This document shows positions 45,310 through 54,482 of a DNA stretch of 64,000 bases, one piece after another. Below the pieces are notes generated by a model. The model was not told the origin of the DNA, did not search any database, and worked only from the letters and a program-made list of their open reading frames with translations. The DNA is from an uncultured bacterium (GTDB taxonomy: Bacteria > Patescibacteriota > Minisyncoccia > Phycocordibacterales > Phycocordibacteraceae): the NCBI GenBank assembly GCA_947085985.1, contig CAMTYL010000003.1, forward strand, positions 234,108 through 298,107. Direction: 5' to 3'. Position numbers and translations under genes: made by a program. Positions within the stretch are counted from its first letter, which is position 1; each line of letters opens with the position of its first letter.

Positions 45310-46224
45310 TTATCCGTACTTCTTAAGAAAATCTGCTACTTTAATGTAGCCAAGTTTCACTTGATGTGGTGCAACCCCAGTCTCCAAAAAATCGGCATAC
45401 TCTTTCTCCTTTACATTACCCTTCTGATCAATAAACTGCCCCCAGAACATGAGGCCAGACGGGTATGCATCAGAGTCATCTGCGACGGAGAAGCCGACAC
45501 GCCTTGCTATCGGTGTGTCCATAAGCCAGGAGCGTCCAATAATATATTTTGCATTCGGGCTGTTCTCCTTAATAGACGTTGCGAGCTCGCGAAAGGAATC
45601 CTGAGAGAAAATATTTACAGCTGAAATTTCATCATTTTCAACTTGCTCTGCAAGCGGAGTAACATGAATCTCAACAACTTCGTCCTCTGCAGATATCTGT
45701 GGGAAGTCAGGAAAGAGCTTCCCGTTAAATACTGCGTAGCCTATTAATCCCGCATGAAAAGGACCTCTTCTATCTTGTGGCGGCATCTCCTCTGGTACCC
45801 TATCCTCAACTACCTTTTCTCCAATCTCTGCTGCAGAAAAACTTTCTCCCACTTTTGAAACGATACTCGGTAAACGAGGAATGAATGATGTATCCTCGGG
45901 CGCGTAGCTGGCATCAACAGCATCAAGTACACACTGAGTAAATGATTGGTATGTATCTGGTAGCTGCCAGGAGTGCTTTCTCGTATTCGTATAGAAAGCG
46001 TCAGAGATAAGGGGCTGGAGAATGTAACAGTCGTGAAGGTATGAACTTAGTCGCTCCCCCTTTGGAATAGTTTCTGTGCTCGGTGTTTTACCTTCCCATA
46101 CGCGTACCCGGTACTGAGTCTCAAGCGAATCAAGCTTTGCGTATACCGACTCCTTAGTTTCAGCGGGGCTTGTTTCTGCTATAGCAGGTCGTGGCTTTTG
46201 TTCAGCAATACCTTCGTATCCCAT
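45310..46224 (-). CDS. hypothetical protein (start ATG 46224; longest ORF from GTG 46269)
   Basis: Intact 300+ aa ORF. No recognised motif. Confidence 0.4.
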   Translation of the reverse strand: MGYEGIAEQKPRPAIAETSPAETKESVYAKLDSLETQYRVRVWEGKTPSTETIPKGERLSSYLHDCYILQPLISDAFYTNTRKHSWQLPDTYQSFTQCVLDAVDASYAPEDTSFIPRLPSIVSKVGESFSAAEIGEKVVEDRVPEEMPPQDRRGPFHAGLIGYAVFNGKLFPDFPQISAEDEVVEIHVTPLAEQVENDEISAVNIFSQDSFRELATSIKENSPNAKYIIGRSWLMDTPIARRVGFSVADDSDAYPSGLMFWGQFIDQKGNVKEKEYADFLETGVAPHQVKLGYIKVADFLKKYG

Positions 46225-46251
46225 GACGAAACTGTAGCATAGTGAAAACCC

Positions 46252-46280
46252 TTGACACCGAAAAGCCACTTTGATAGATT
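46252..46280 (+). promoter_or_regulatory. sigma-70-like promoter TTGACA-N17-TAGATT driving candidate sRNA 1
   Basis: TTGACA 46252-46257. TAGATT 46275-46280. Confidence 0.45.
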
Positions 46281-46286
46281 ACTTGA

Positions 46287-46362
46287 ACTGCCAACAAGTT
46301 CGTCTCCGGACAGACTTTGCTGGCAGTACAAAGAAACCGCCCTCGGGCGGTTTCTTTGCTTT
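46287..46362 (+). ncRNA. candidate small RNA 1 (~75 nt): 5' imperfect hairpin (CTGCCAACAAG...CTTTGCTGGCAG) + terminator hairpin AAACCGCC-ctcg-GGCGGTTT + U-tract
   Basis: Promoter-TSS-terminator spacing. No plus-strand CDS. The terminator hairpin is identical to that of candidate 2. Confidence 0.4.
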
Positions 46363-46403
46363 CTAATACGAAATCACACGGTTAAAGGCTATCCACAGGG
46401 TGC

Positions 46404-46432
46404 TTGACAAGAAAACCGGGATAGTATATCTT
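46404..46432 (+). promoter_or_regulatory. sigma-70-like promoter TTGACA-N17-TATCTT driving candidate sRNA 2
   Basis: TTGACA 46404-46409. TATCTT 46427-46432. Confidence 0.45.
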
Positions 46433-46438
46433 ACGTAG

Positions 46439-46512
46439 GTGCTCATGAGTTTTCGCTCTCGGGCAAATTCTTGTGAGCACACTGGAGAAACCGCCCTCGG
46501 GCGGTTTTTCCA
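46439..46512 (+). ncRNA. candidate small RNA 2 (~75 nt): 5' hairpin (GTGCTCATGAG...CTTGTGAGCAC) + terminator hairpin GAAACCGCCCTCGGGCGGTTT + UUUUU
   Basis: Same architecture as candidate 1, 150 bp downstream. 24-nt identical terminator segment. Confidence 0.4.
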
Positions 46513-46629
46513 TTTACGGGCAGTCAACTCGCTTGCGAGTTGCTTTGCCCCTTATGCAGGATTCTGGCTGGGCTTCCTCGCCAGAATCCTGCGAAAGGAG
46601 AAAGTACTTACATTTCAATGCCCAAAACA

Positions 46630-46660
46630 AAACCGCCCCTTCCGAGGCGGTTTTGCTATC
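46630..46660 (-). terminator. rho-independent terminator of rpmG (third member of the AAACCGCC...GGCGGTTT hairpin family)
   Basis: Minus strand reads AAAACCGCC-tcggaagg-GGCGGTTTT then GTTTTGGG. Confidence 0.55.
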
Positions 46661-46678
46661 TGCGCGAATCCCTATCTG

Positions 46679-46831
46679 TTACTTCTTAACCTCCTTGTAT
46701 ACCTCGCGCTTTCGGGTGTTTGGGTCGTATTTCTTAAGCTCCAACTTTCGAGTGACCTTCTTCTTATTCTTGGTGGTCATACGAATGTGTCCCGAAGGAG
46801 ACTTCATTTTCTGTAGGCGGTCTTGTGACAT
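46679..46831 (-). CDS. rpmG: 50S ribosomal protein L33 (zinc-less form)
   Basis: MSQDRLQKMKSPSGHIRMTTKNKKKVTRKLELKKYDPNTRKREVYKEVKK aligns with L33 ...[40 protein letters not shown]. Internal start within a longer 80-aa ORF. Confidence 0.8.
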   Translation of the reverse strand: MSQDRLQKMKSPSGHIRMTTKNKKKVTRKLELKKYDPNTRKREVYKEVKK

Positions 46832-46862
46832 AGATAGGCAGACTATACCAGCGGGCGGGATA

Positions 46863-49541
46863 CTACGCAACTGCGACAGGAGTCTTAGCCTTAGCCCGCT
46901 TAGCGGTCTTCTGGACCTCAAACGAAGGCACTCCGCCCTTAAGTACTACCTTTACCACTCCACCCTCCATAATGCCCTGTCCAATCATCAGCGAGGCGAT
47001 AGGGGTCAGAATCTTGTCCTGGATAGTGCGCTTCAGGGGGCGAGCTCCGTACTGTGGGTTGTAGCCCTTGTCTGCAAGCCATGCCTTTACCTCGTCAGAA
47101 AGTTCAAGCGTAATGCGCTTGCCACCAAGGCGAGCGACCACTTCCTTAACCTGCTTCTCCACAATGCGAGCAAGTGATTCCTTGCTGAGCACATCAAAGA
47201 TGACGATGTCGTCCAAGCGGTTCAAGAACTCGGGACGGAACTGATTCTTAAGGGCCTGCATCACACGCTCCTTAATCTGCTCGCGCTCAGCCTCTCCTTC
47301 GGCGCTGGATGCTTCAAAGCCAATGCCTGCCATACGGTCCATAAATTCAGAACCGATGTTCGAAGTAAGCACAATGATGGTGTTCTTGAAGTTCACCTTC
47401 CTGCCCTTTCCGTCAGTAAGGTGACCTGAATCAAGAACCTGAAGAAGAATGTTGAACACCTCCGGATGCGCCTTCTCAATTTCGTCGAAAAGCACAACGG
47501 CGTACGGTCGGTGGCGAATACGCTCCGTGAGCGAGCCTGCTTCCTCGTATCCCACATATCCCGGTGGGGCACCAATAAGCTTTGCTATTGAGTGCTTCTC
47601 CATAAACTCCGACATATCCACGCGCACGAGCGCTTCCGTGTCGTTAAACATAAACTCCGCAAGTTTGCGTGATAGCTCGGTCTTACCTACTCCCGTTGGC
47701 CCCATGAATAAGAAGGAACCAATCGGACGATTTGGGTCACTAATACCTACACGAGAGCGCTTTACGGCGTCAGTAATGATCTGTACCGCTGCGTCCTGCC
47801 CAATAACCGCCGCTTTGAGCTCATCCTCCATGCGAGAGAGTTTTGCTGCCTCCTCTTCAAGCATCTTCACGACCGGAATTCCTGTCCAGCGCGCCACTAC
47901 TCCAGCAATCTCTTGCTCAGTCACTTCCTCATGCAGTACCCGGCGCGACTTCTGAAGCGTCTTCAGGCGCTTTGATTTAGTCTCCAATTCCTTCTGTAGA
48001 GTTGGCATTTGTCCGTAGCGAATTTCTGCAGCGGTGCCAAGGTCAGCAATAGCTTCTGCGTTGTCAGAGGCCACGCGCAATCGATCCAGCTCGGCCTTCA
48101 GAGCACGAATGCTTTGAATAACCTCCTTCTCGTTCTTCCACTTAAGCTCAAGCTCGCTGGTCTTCTCGCGCCAATCTGCAATCTCTGCATCAATAGTTGC
48201 AATGCGTCCCTTGATTTCCTTTGCATGCTCACCCCCTTCGTCTTTCTTCAACGCCTGGCGCTCAATCTCAAGTCGGCGAATCCTTCTATCTGTCTCCTCA
48301 AGTTGTGGCGGCTTGTTCTCAAGCGCAATACGAAGGCCTGAGGCAGCCTCGTCAATCAAATCAATTGCTTTGTCTGGCAAAAAACGGTCGGTAATGTAGC
48401 GACTAGACAGCTCTACTGCAGACACAAGCGCACCGTCCGTAATACGCACCCCATGGAAGAGCTCGTACCTATCACGAAGACCACGCAAAATTGCCACCGC
48501 GTCCTCAATGGACGGCTCATTTACATACACAGGCTGGAAGCGGCGCGTAAGCGCTCCATCCTTCTCAATGTGTTGCTGGTACTCCTTAAGCGTTGTCGCG
48601 CCAATCACGCGCATCTCTCCGCGTGCAAGCGCTGGCTTTAGCATGTTGCTTGCGTCCATCGCGCCGTCGGCCGCCCCTGCTCCCACAATCGTGTGTAGCT
48701 CGTCCACAAACAAAATAACCTTGCCCTCGGAGCGCTCCACCTCCTTCATTACATTCTTCATACGCTCCTCAAATTCTCCGCGGTATTTAGTGCCCGCAAT
48801 CATGAGTCCTAAATCAAGCGACAGCAGCTCCTTGCCCTTTAGACTCTCAGGCACGTCACCCGCTGCGATGCGTGCCGCTAGACCCTCTGCCACGGTTGTC
48901 TTTCCGGTACCCGGCTCTCCAATCAATACGGGATTGTTCTTGGTGCGGCGCGAGAGGATTTGAATAACGCGATTAATCTCTTGGTCGCGACCAATGACTG
49001 GGTCCAGCACATTGTCTGCAGCAAGCTTTGTTAAGTTGCGAGTGAACTTGGTAAGCGCGCGGAACTTTTTCTCACCAGTCACCTGTCCGTCCTTAGACGA
49101 CTTTAATTCCTTCAACACCTGCATGACGGTGTCTGCGTCAATTTTAAAACGCGAAATGATTTCCTCGGCAGGGCCTGGGTGCTCAAGCACCGCCACAAAC
49201 AGGTGCTCGGTTCCGACAAAGGAATCGTTCATTCTCGCTGCCACTTTCGCAGCAGACTCTAAAGCGCTTGCCAAGTCTGGCGTGAGATACAAATTATAGG
49301 AAGGGGAAAGAGTGCCCGCGGACTCTGGCATTTCTAGCATCTCAAGCAAGGTGTCAGCCAAGAGCATGGTGTCCGTGTCCATGCGATCTAGTACGGAAAA
49401 GACAAGGCTCTCTTCCTGATAGACCAGCGCAGCAAGAAGGTGCAAGGGGCTCACGTGGTTTTGCCCCCGCTCAATAGCAAGCTCGTGCGACTTCTTTATC
49501 GCTTCTTTGGCCTTTGTAGTGAAATTCTTGAATGGTGGCAT
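46863..49541 (-). CDS. clpB: ATP-dependent chaperone ClpB
   Basis: Clp N-domain. AAA1 [13 protein letters not shown]. Long coiled-coil M-domain. AAA2 [17 protein letters not shown]. 892 aa. Confidence 0.9.
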   Translation of the reverse strand: MPPFKNFTTKAKEAIKKSHELAIERGQNHVSPLHLLAALVYQEESLVFSVLDRMDTDTMLLADTLLEMLEMPESAGTLSPSYNLYLTPDLASALESAAKVAARMNDSFVGTEHLFVAVLEHPGPAEEIISRFKIDADTVMQVLKELKSSKDGQVTGEKKFRALTKFTRNLTKLAADNVLDPVIGRDQEINRVIQILSRRTKNNPVLIGEPGTGKTTVAEGLAARIAAGDVPESLKGKELLSLDLGLMIAGTKYRGEFEERMKNVMKEVERSEGKVILFVDELHTIVGAGAADGAMDASNMLKPALARGEMRVIGATTLKEYQQHIEKDGALTRRFQPVYVNEPSIEDAVAILRGLRDRYELFHGVRITDGALVSAVELSSRYITDRFLPDKAIDLIDEAASGLRIALENKPPQLEETDRRIRRLEIERQALKKDEGGEHAKEIKGRIATIDAEIADWREKTSELELKWKNEKEVIQSIRALKAELDRLRVASDNAEAIADLGTAAEIRYGQMPTLQKELETKSKRLKTLQKSRRVLHEEVTEQEIAGVVARWTGIPVVKMLEEEAAKLSRMEDELKAAVIGQDAAVQIITDAVKRSRVGISDPNRPIGSFLFMGPTGVGKTELSRKLAEFMFNDTEALVRVDMSEFMEKHSIAKLIGAPPGYVGYEEAGSLTERIRHRPYAVVLFDEIEKAHPEVFNILLQVLDSGHLTDGKGRKVNFKNTIIVLTSNIGSEFMDRMAGIGFEASSAEGEAEREQIKERVMQALKNQFRPEFLNRLDDIVIFDVLSKESLARIVEKQVKEVVARLGGKRITLELSDEVKAWLADKGYNPQYGARPLKRTIQDKILTPIASLMIGQGIMEGGVVKVVLKGGVPSFEVQKTAKRAKAKTPVAVA

Positions 49542-49598
49542 GGAATGAAGAGACTATGCTAATAAAGACGCCCGAGCCTGCACCTCCTTACCCTACAC

Positions 49599-50357
49599 CT
49601 ATTGTGCGGGCGACGAGGTGGCAGAAAGTAGCACGAGGATACGGTCAGAGGAGGCAACCAGCCCTGGAATCCCCGTAGCAAGCCCAATAAGGTCGCCAGA
49701 GATGTTCACCACACCCGCACCAACGGGAATACCAGTAAGACTTGTGTGTACGCCCGCTTCTTCTACCTTGGAGATAATACCGGTGGTGGCACTTCCGTCA
49801 CGGGTGACCGCAACAGCGGTCTGTCCCTGTTTCAAGGAGCTGCTCTTTATCAAATCTGGCGAGGCGACGGTCGGCAACACCGCCGTGTCAGCGAATCCAT
49901 AAATGGTGAAGGTTGCTCCTGCACGCGAGATTGACGCAGGAACACCTACCTGTCCAGGGAACACGATGAATGCTTCTGTCGGAAGTCCGGGCACCGTCAT
50001 GGTTACCACCGCGCGAGCCTTTGGAATATAGGTAGCGGTCGCGATGGCAGGGGTGCTGGTGCCACTTCCTTTATATACGTATACCGTACGCGCAGCGTTA
50101 GCGGCAATGGCGGCTGACAGCAGATCCTCGTCCTTTATCACCACCGTGGTCTGCTTGGTAACAATGCCTGGCAACTGTGTGGTCTGCACCGCACCTTCAA
50201 CCGTACGCTCCACAATGTGGTTAATGGTCTGGGTAACTGTTGGGGGCGCTTGGTCAAGGAGGGATACCGCAAGCACCGCGGTGGCAATAGCCGTCACAAA
50301 GTTCACCAAAATGGTGAGCAGGAGGAGCTGGGTCTTACTTAGGTCCTCTATGTTCAT
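49599..50357 (-). CDS. hypothetical membrane-anchored protein (252 aa), 4-bp overlap with upstream desulfurase gene
   Basis: N-terminal TM LLLLTILVNFVTAIATAVLAVSLL, then a Thr/Ala/Val-rich domain. Confidence 0.4.
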   Translation of the reverse strand: MNIEDLSKTQLLLLTILVNFVTAIATAVLAVSLLDQAPPTVTQTINHIVERTVEGAVQTTQLPGIVTKQTTVVIKDEDLLSAAIAANAARTVYVYKGSGTSTPAIATATYIPKARAVVTMTVPGLPTEAFIVFPGQVGVPASISRAGATFTIYGFADTAVLPTVASPDLIKSSSLKQGQTAVAVTRDGSATTGIISKVEEAGVHTSLTGIPVGAGVVNISGDLIGLATGIPGLVASSDRILVLLSATSSPAQ

Positions 50358-51526
50358 GTCTTTAGTATACCAGCGGTGTCAAGGAAATTCACACTACGGA
50401 TAAGTGCGCGGGAAAAGGAGCGTACCTCGGCAGGCGTGGTCTGCGGCGAGAAGGATACGCGAAGCGTGGTGGTGGCTTCCTCTATTGAGCTGGTCCTTTG
50501 TAGCACGGGGCGAGAGCCTTCGCCGTTTTGCTCACATGCACTTTTGGTAGAGACCGCAAACCCCTCCGCATCAAGAAGAGCTACGAGGTAATCAGTATCG
50601 CGCCCAACAAACGAGACATTCACAATATGCGGCGCTTGAAGCTTCGCCTCGTGCACCACTGCGCCGCCTATCCGCCCCACCGCCTCCAAAAGTTCAGTGC
50701 GCAGTAGATGGGCCCGAGCGTTGAAGGTGTCTCGGTGATGTGCAGCGTCTGCGAGTGCCTCTGCAAACGCAGACAAAAGTGCAGGAGAAGGAGTACCCGG
50801 GCGTAGCCCGCGCTCTTGCCCGCCACCTACATAGAGCGGAGATAGCAGCACGCGACGTGGCGCGATAAGCACCCCAGCGCCACGCACCCCGCCTACCTTC
50901 TGCGCGTCCAGAACAACAAGGTCCGCTCCGAGTCGCGTCAGCTCAAAGGGAGCTACGATGGGTGCTTGACTTGCGTCCACATGAATGACAGGGTGTGTAC
51001 CCACTACTCGGCGCACATCGCGCACGGGAGTAATCGCTCCCGTTTCTCCACAGACTAGAGTGAGTGCAACAAGCACCGTATCTGGTGTCACCTGTGCACG
51101 CAGGGAGTTTAGGTCTAGCACCCCGTCTCGGTATGCAACTGGCTCGGTGCGCACGCTGAGTTTTGCAAGTTCCTCTACCGCCCCAACCAGGGAGCGATGA
51201 GCCCCCGCGTCATACAACACATGCATATCGCTTGCCTGACGCCCAGCCTCAAGGAGCGCCTCAATATGCCCCTCTATTCCAAGAGCGTTTGCCTCTGTCG
51301 CGGAGCCCGTAGCAATCACTGCGTCTGCTTTCACTTCTGCGAGCGCCGCGATACGAGCACGAGCCTGTTCAAGTACCTGCTTTGCCTTCCTTCCCTCCTC
51401 GTGAGGAGATGCGGGGTTCCCATACAGCGAAAGCGCAGCCACAAAAGCCCTCTGAGCACGCGGATTGACCGGGCACGCAGCGGCAGCGTCTAGGTACACG
51501 CGGCGCCGGTTCGTTAGGAGATTCAT
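50354..51526 (-). CDS. cysteine desulfurase (class V aminotransferase, NifS/IscS-like)
   Basis: PLP-lysine region LDAQKVGGVRGAGVL. Active-site Cys loop STKSACEQ. ATGSATEANALG. Longest ORF to 51625. Confidence 0.7.
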   Translation of the reverse strand: MNLLTNRRRVYLDAAAACPVNPRAQRAFVAALSLYGNPASPHEEGRKAKQVLEQARARIAALAEVKADAVIATGSATEANALGIEGHIEALLEAGRQASDMHVLYDAGAHRSLVGAVEELAKLSVRTEPVAYRDGVLDLNSLRAQVTPDTVLVALTLVCGETGAITPVRDVRRVVGTHPVIHVDASQAPIVAPFELTRLGADLVVLDAQKVGGVRGAGVLIAPRRVLLSPLYVGGGQERGLRPGTPSPALLSAFAEALADAAHHRDTFNARAHLLRTELLEAVGRIGGAVVHEAKLQAPHIVNVSFVGRDTDYLVALLDAEGFAVSTKSACEQNGEGSRPVLQRTSSIEEATTTLRVSFSPQTTPAEVRSFSRALIRSVNFLDTAGILKT

Positions 51527-51557
51527 TACCTCTAAAGGTGCAGGGAACGTTGCAAAT

Positions 51558-53069
51558 ATGCAAGTACCATGGTCTATTAAGAACATTATGGCTGTTTCCC
51601 CTCGCCCACCTATCGTCGCTGTCATGGGTCACATTGACCACGGCAAGTCGTCCCTGCTTGACTACATCCGCGCGTCCAAAGTGACTGAGGGTGAGGCAGG
51701 TGGTATCACCCAGCACGTTTCAGCCTACGAGGCCGTACACGAGCATGAGGGTGTGGCCCGCACCATCACCTTCCTGGACACCCCCGGGCACGAGGCCTTT
51801 CGCGCTCTTCGCTCACGTGGCGCGGCCGCTGCAGATGTGGCGATTCTAGTAGTTGCTGCTGACGACGGCGTGAAGCCCCAAACTCTTGAAGCTTACGAAG
51901 CAATCCAGGAGGCAGGCACTCCGTTTGTTATAGCGTTCACTAAAATTGATAAGAACGGCGCTGACCTAGAAAAGGCAAAGTACGGCGTGCTTGAACACGG
52001 CATCTACCTTGAGGGTCTTGGCGGGTCTATCTCGTACGCAGGCGTGTCGTCTAAGACGGGCGAAGGTATCGCAGAGCTCCTCGATCTCGTACTCCTTACT
52101 GCTGAAATGGCCGAGCTTACTACCAACCCAGAGGCAGAGGCTTCTGGGTACGTACTTGAGTCTTCACAGGACCCGAAGCAAGGAATCACCGCAAGCCTCA
52201 TCATAAAAGATGGCACGCTCTCGGTAGGAGACTTTGCGATTGCGGGAAGCGCGATGGTACCCGTTCGCTTTATTGAGAACTTTGCCGGAAAGCGCATTAT
52301 AACGGCTGCGGCGTCTCAGCCAATACGTTTGGCTGGCTGGAGCGTATTGCCCCCTGCGGGCACGCCGTTTCTCTGTGCACGCACCAAGAAGGACGCTGAG
52401 AAGCTGGTGGTAGCGCCCGAGCGAGCCTCCCTTCGCTTGGACCAGCTCACTACTGAGGAGAAAGGAAAGGTACTGTTGCCACTCATCATAAAAGCTGACG
52501 CAACGGGCAGTATCGCCGCTATCAAGCACGAGCTCGCCAAAATTGAACACGAACGCGTCCTGGTGCGCATTGTGTCAGAGGGGCTTGGCGCCGTATCAGA
52601 AAACGACGTGAAGACCGCGCAGGCAGGCGGCGCGGTCGTCATTGCCTTTACGGTGAGCACCGACGGAAGAGCACGCGACCTTGCAGACCGTGCAGGTGTT
52701 TCTATAGAGACCTTCTCAATCATTTACGACCTCACCAAGCGTATTCAGGAAATCGTCACTGAGCGCTCACCGCGCTTTATGCAGGAAGAAATTTTGGGTC
52801 AGGCAAAAATCCTAAAGGTGTTCAGTGTTGCTGGGGTCAAGCACGTGCTTGGCGCACGCTGGGAGAGTGGCGCGCTTACCGTAGGGGACATGGTAAAAGT
52901 AGACCGCCGTGGTATTCCGCTTGGGAATATGAAGCTTACCAACCTGCAGCAGGTGCGTCAGGACGTGAAGGAAATCCACGTTGAGGGTGAATTCGGACTC
53001 CAGCTTGAGGGTAAGGTAGAGATTGCTGCAGGAGACACCATACAAGCGTTCACCATGGTTGAAAAATAG
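51558..53069 (+). CDS. infB: translation initiation factor IF-2 (short form lacking N-terminal domain)
   Basis: G1 [15 protein letters not shown]3 [12 protein letters not shown] (FTKIDK). C-terminal beta-barrel domains. Start ATG 51558 (or 51588); longest ORF from 51465. Confidence 0.85.
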   Translation: MQVPWSIKNIMAVSPRPPIVAVMGHIDHGKSSLLDYIRASKVTEGEAGGITQHVSAYEAVHEHEGVARTITFLDTPGHEAFRALRSRGAAAADVAILVVAADDGVKPQTLEAYEAIQEAGTPFVIAFTKIDKNGADLEKAKYGVLEHGIYLEGLGGSISYAGVSSKTGEGIAELLDLVLLTAEMAELTTNPEAEASGYVLESSQDPKQGITASLIIKDGTLSVGDFAIAGSAMVPVRFIENFAGKRIITAAASQPIRLAGWSVLPPAGTPFLCARTKKDAEKLVVAPERASLRLDQLTTEEKGKVLLPLIIKADATGSIAAIKHELAKIEHERVLVRIVSEGLGAVSENDVKTAQAGGAVVIAFTVSTDGRARDLADRAGVSIETFSIIYDLTKRIQEIVTERSPRFMQEEILGQAKILKVFSVAGVKHVLGARWESGALTVGDMVKVDRRGIPLGNMKLTNLQQVRQDVKEIHVEGEFGLQLEGKVEIAAGDTIQAFTMVEK

Positions 53070-53070
53070 T

Positions 53071-53418
53071 ATGAGTATCCGCGACAACCGCATCAGCATT
53101 CAGCTTATGGAACAGGCGGGCGCCTACATCGCTCGCGAAGCTGGCCGTAACACCCTCATCACGCCAACGCGTGTAGCCCTTTCCAAAGACGGCAAGGATG
53201 CCACCATTTTCGTAAGCGTCTATCCTGTGAAGGATATTGACCACGCACTCGCCTTTCTCTTGCGTCACAAAGACCTCTTCCGTAATAGCCTGCGAAAGAC
53301 CACGCGCATTGGACGCATCCCCTACATCCGTTTTGAGTTTGATCACGGAGAGGCAAACCGTCAGCACATAGACGAGATTTCTCGCGAGATATCCAAAGGA
53401 CACTCGCACGAGGACTAG
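53071..53418 (+). CDS. rbfA: ribosome-binding factor A
   Basis: MSIRDNRISIQLMEQAGAYI...LITPTRVALSKDGKDATIFVSVYP...IPYIRFEFD fits the RbfA KH-like pattern. Start 2 nt after the infB stop. Confidence 0.7.
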   Translation: MSIRDNRISIQLMEQAGAYIAREAGRNTLITPTRVALSKDGKDATIFVSVYPVKDIDHALAFLLRHKDLFRNSLRKTTRIGRIPYIRFEFDHGEANRQHIDEISREISKGHSHED

Positions 53419-53443
53419 CTTCGCGGTAGTATTGCCGTATCAG

Positions 53444-53515
53444 GCTCGGTGGTGAAGTAGAAACACGGCGGATTGCAAACCCGCTACTGCGCGGGTGCGA
53501 TTCCCGCCCGGGCCT
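53444..53515 (+). tRNA. tRNA-Cys (anticodon GCA), atypical (A-C at 31-39, G54 in T-loop)
   Basis: GGCTCGG-TG-GTG-AAGTAGAAA-CAC-G-GCGGA-TTGCAAA-CCCGC-TACTG-CGCGG?-TGCGATT-CCCGC-CCGGGCC-U73. The U73 discriminator fits Cys identity. Confidence 0.55.
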
Positions 53516-53656
53516 CTGAACGAAGTGAAGAGAACGGGAGAACCCTGCCTGCGCAGGGTTCGTCGGGAATCGCAAGCCGCAGCGATACTTCTTGTACTCA
53601 AGAGGTCGCGAGGCCGGGCAGGAGCACTTGCTCGTCCGCGAGCTTAGTGACTGGTG

Positions 53657-53676
53657 CCGTTTCCCGCCCGGGCCTC
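53657..53676 (+). repeat. direct repeat of the tRNA-Cys 3' end (TTCCCGCCCGGGCCTC, 16/16; extended GGTGC-G-TTCCCGCCCGGGCCTC) 160 bp downstream of the original
   Basis: Exact 16-nt identity between 53501-53516 and 53661-53676. Confidence 0.8.
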
Positions 53677-53693
53677 CAAGGTATACTTATTTA

Positions 53694-54197
53694 GTGTCGG
53701 CACGCGTACCAGAGCGTTGGGCTGAGGCAAATGTGCGAGACGCTGTGTCTCGTTCAACCAGTGTTCGTGATCTCATTCAAAATCTTGGACTGGTGCCTGC
53801 TGGTGGTAATTATGACCAGTGCTATCTGCACATTGAACGTTACAAGATTGATATCTCGCACTTTACTGGAAAGGCGTGGTGTAAAGGACGCACTATTCCG
53901 AAGTCTCCCGTATATTCGCTTGAGGAGCTGCTCGTTAAAGACGCAAAAACTTCTCGTGTAAATCTCAAGAGGCGCTTGTTTTCTTCAGGACTGAAAAGAC
54001 GTGCGTGCGAGGAATGCGGCTGGGCGCGAGTAAGTGAGGACGGGAGAATTCCAATTGAGCTTGATCATATAAACGGGGACAGTAGGGACAACAGGCTGGA
54101 GAATTTGAGAATTCTGTGCCCTAATTGCCACAGTTTGAAACCTACACACAGAGGAAGTAATATTCTCTACAAGCGCCGGGGTGGTGAAATTGGTTAG
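53694..54197 (+). CDS. HNH endonuclease (homing-endonuclease-like). Start uncertain (longest ORF from 53592 runs through the tRNA-Cys repeat); stop codon lies inside tRNA-Leu(TAA)
   Basis: CEECGW...IELDHINGDSRDNRLENLRILCPNCHS is a canonical HNH (His-Asn-His, Cys4) motif. TAG stop is the TTAG of the tRNA D-loop. Confidence 0.7.
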   Translation: MSARVPERWAEANVRDAVSRSTSVRDLIQNLGLVPAGGNYDQCYLHIERYKIDISHFTGKAWCKGRTIPKSPVYSLEELLVKDAKTSRVNLKRRLFSSGLKRRACEECGWARVSEDGRIPIELDHINGDSRDNRLENLRILCPNCHSLKPTHRGSNILYKRRGGEIG

Positions 54198-54259
54198 ACA
54201 CGAAGGTCTTAAACACCTTCGACGGAAACGTCATGCGGGTTCGAGTCCCGCCCCCGGCA
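54175..54259 (+). tRNA. tRNA-Leu (anticodon TAA), long variable arm
   Basis: GCCGGGG-TG-GTGAAATTGGTTAGACAC-GAAGGT-CTTAAAC-ACCTTC-GACGGAAACGTCAT-GCGGG-TTCGAGT-CCCGC-CCCCGGC-A. Confidence 0.8.
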
Positions 54260-54442
54260 CATTTGAGTGAAGCGAAAGGAGTGCTGGGGAGCACATCTGG
54301 GAGATGTGCGTGCGGGACCCGAAAACCTTGCGAGACTGGACGCTAGTCCAGCCGCAAGGTGTACGCTGAGATTCTTAAGGAGCACAGCGACTGTAAGAAT
54401 CCAAGTGCAGTTTAGCAAAAGCTGCCCGTCCCCGTAGGGAAA

Positions 54443-54460
54443 GAGTCCCGCCCCCGGCAC
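54443..54460 (+). repeat. direct repeat of the tRNA-Leu(TAA) 3' end (GAGTCCCGCCCCCGGCAC, 18/18) exactly 200 bp downstream
   Basis: Identical to 54243-54260. Confidence 0.8.
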
Positions 54461-54482
54461 CGAGATATCGTATAATCACCAG

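Noticed and set aside
46439-47177. Plus-strand ORFs 46439-46816 and 46473-47177
   Set aside because: They run across three terminator hairpins and antisense through rpmG and clpB. The real features here are the sRNA candidates and rpmG on the minus strand.
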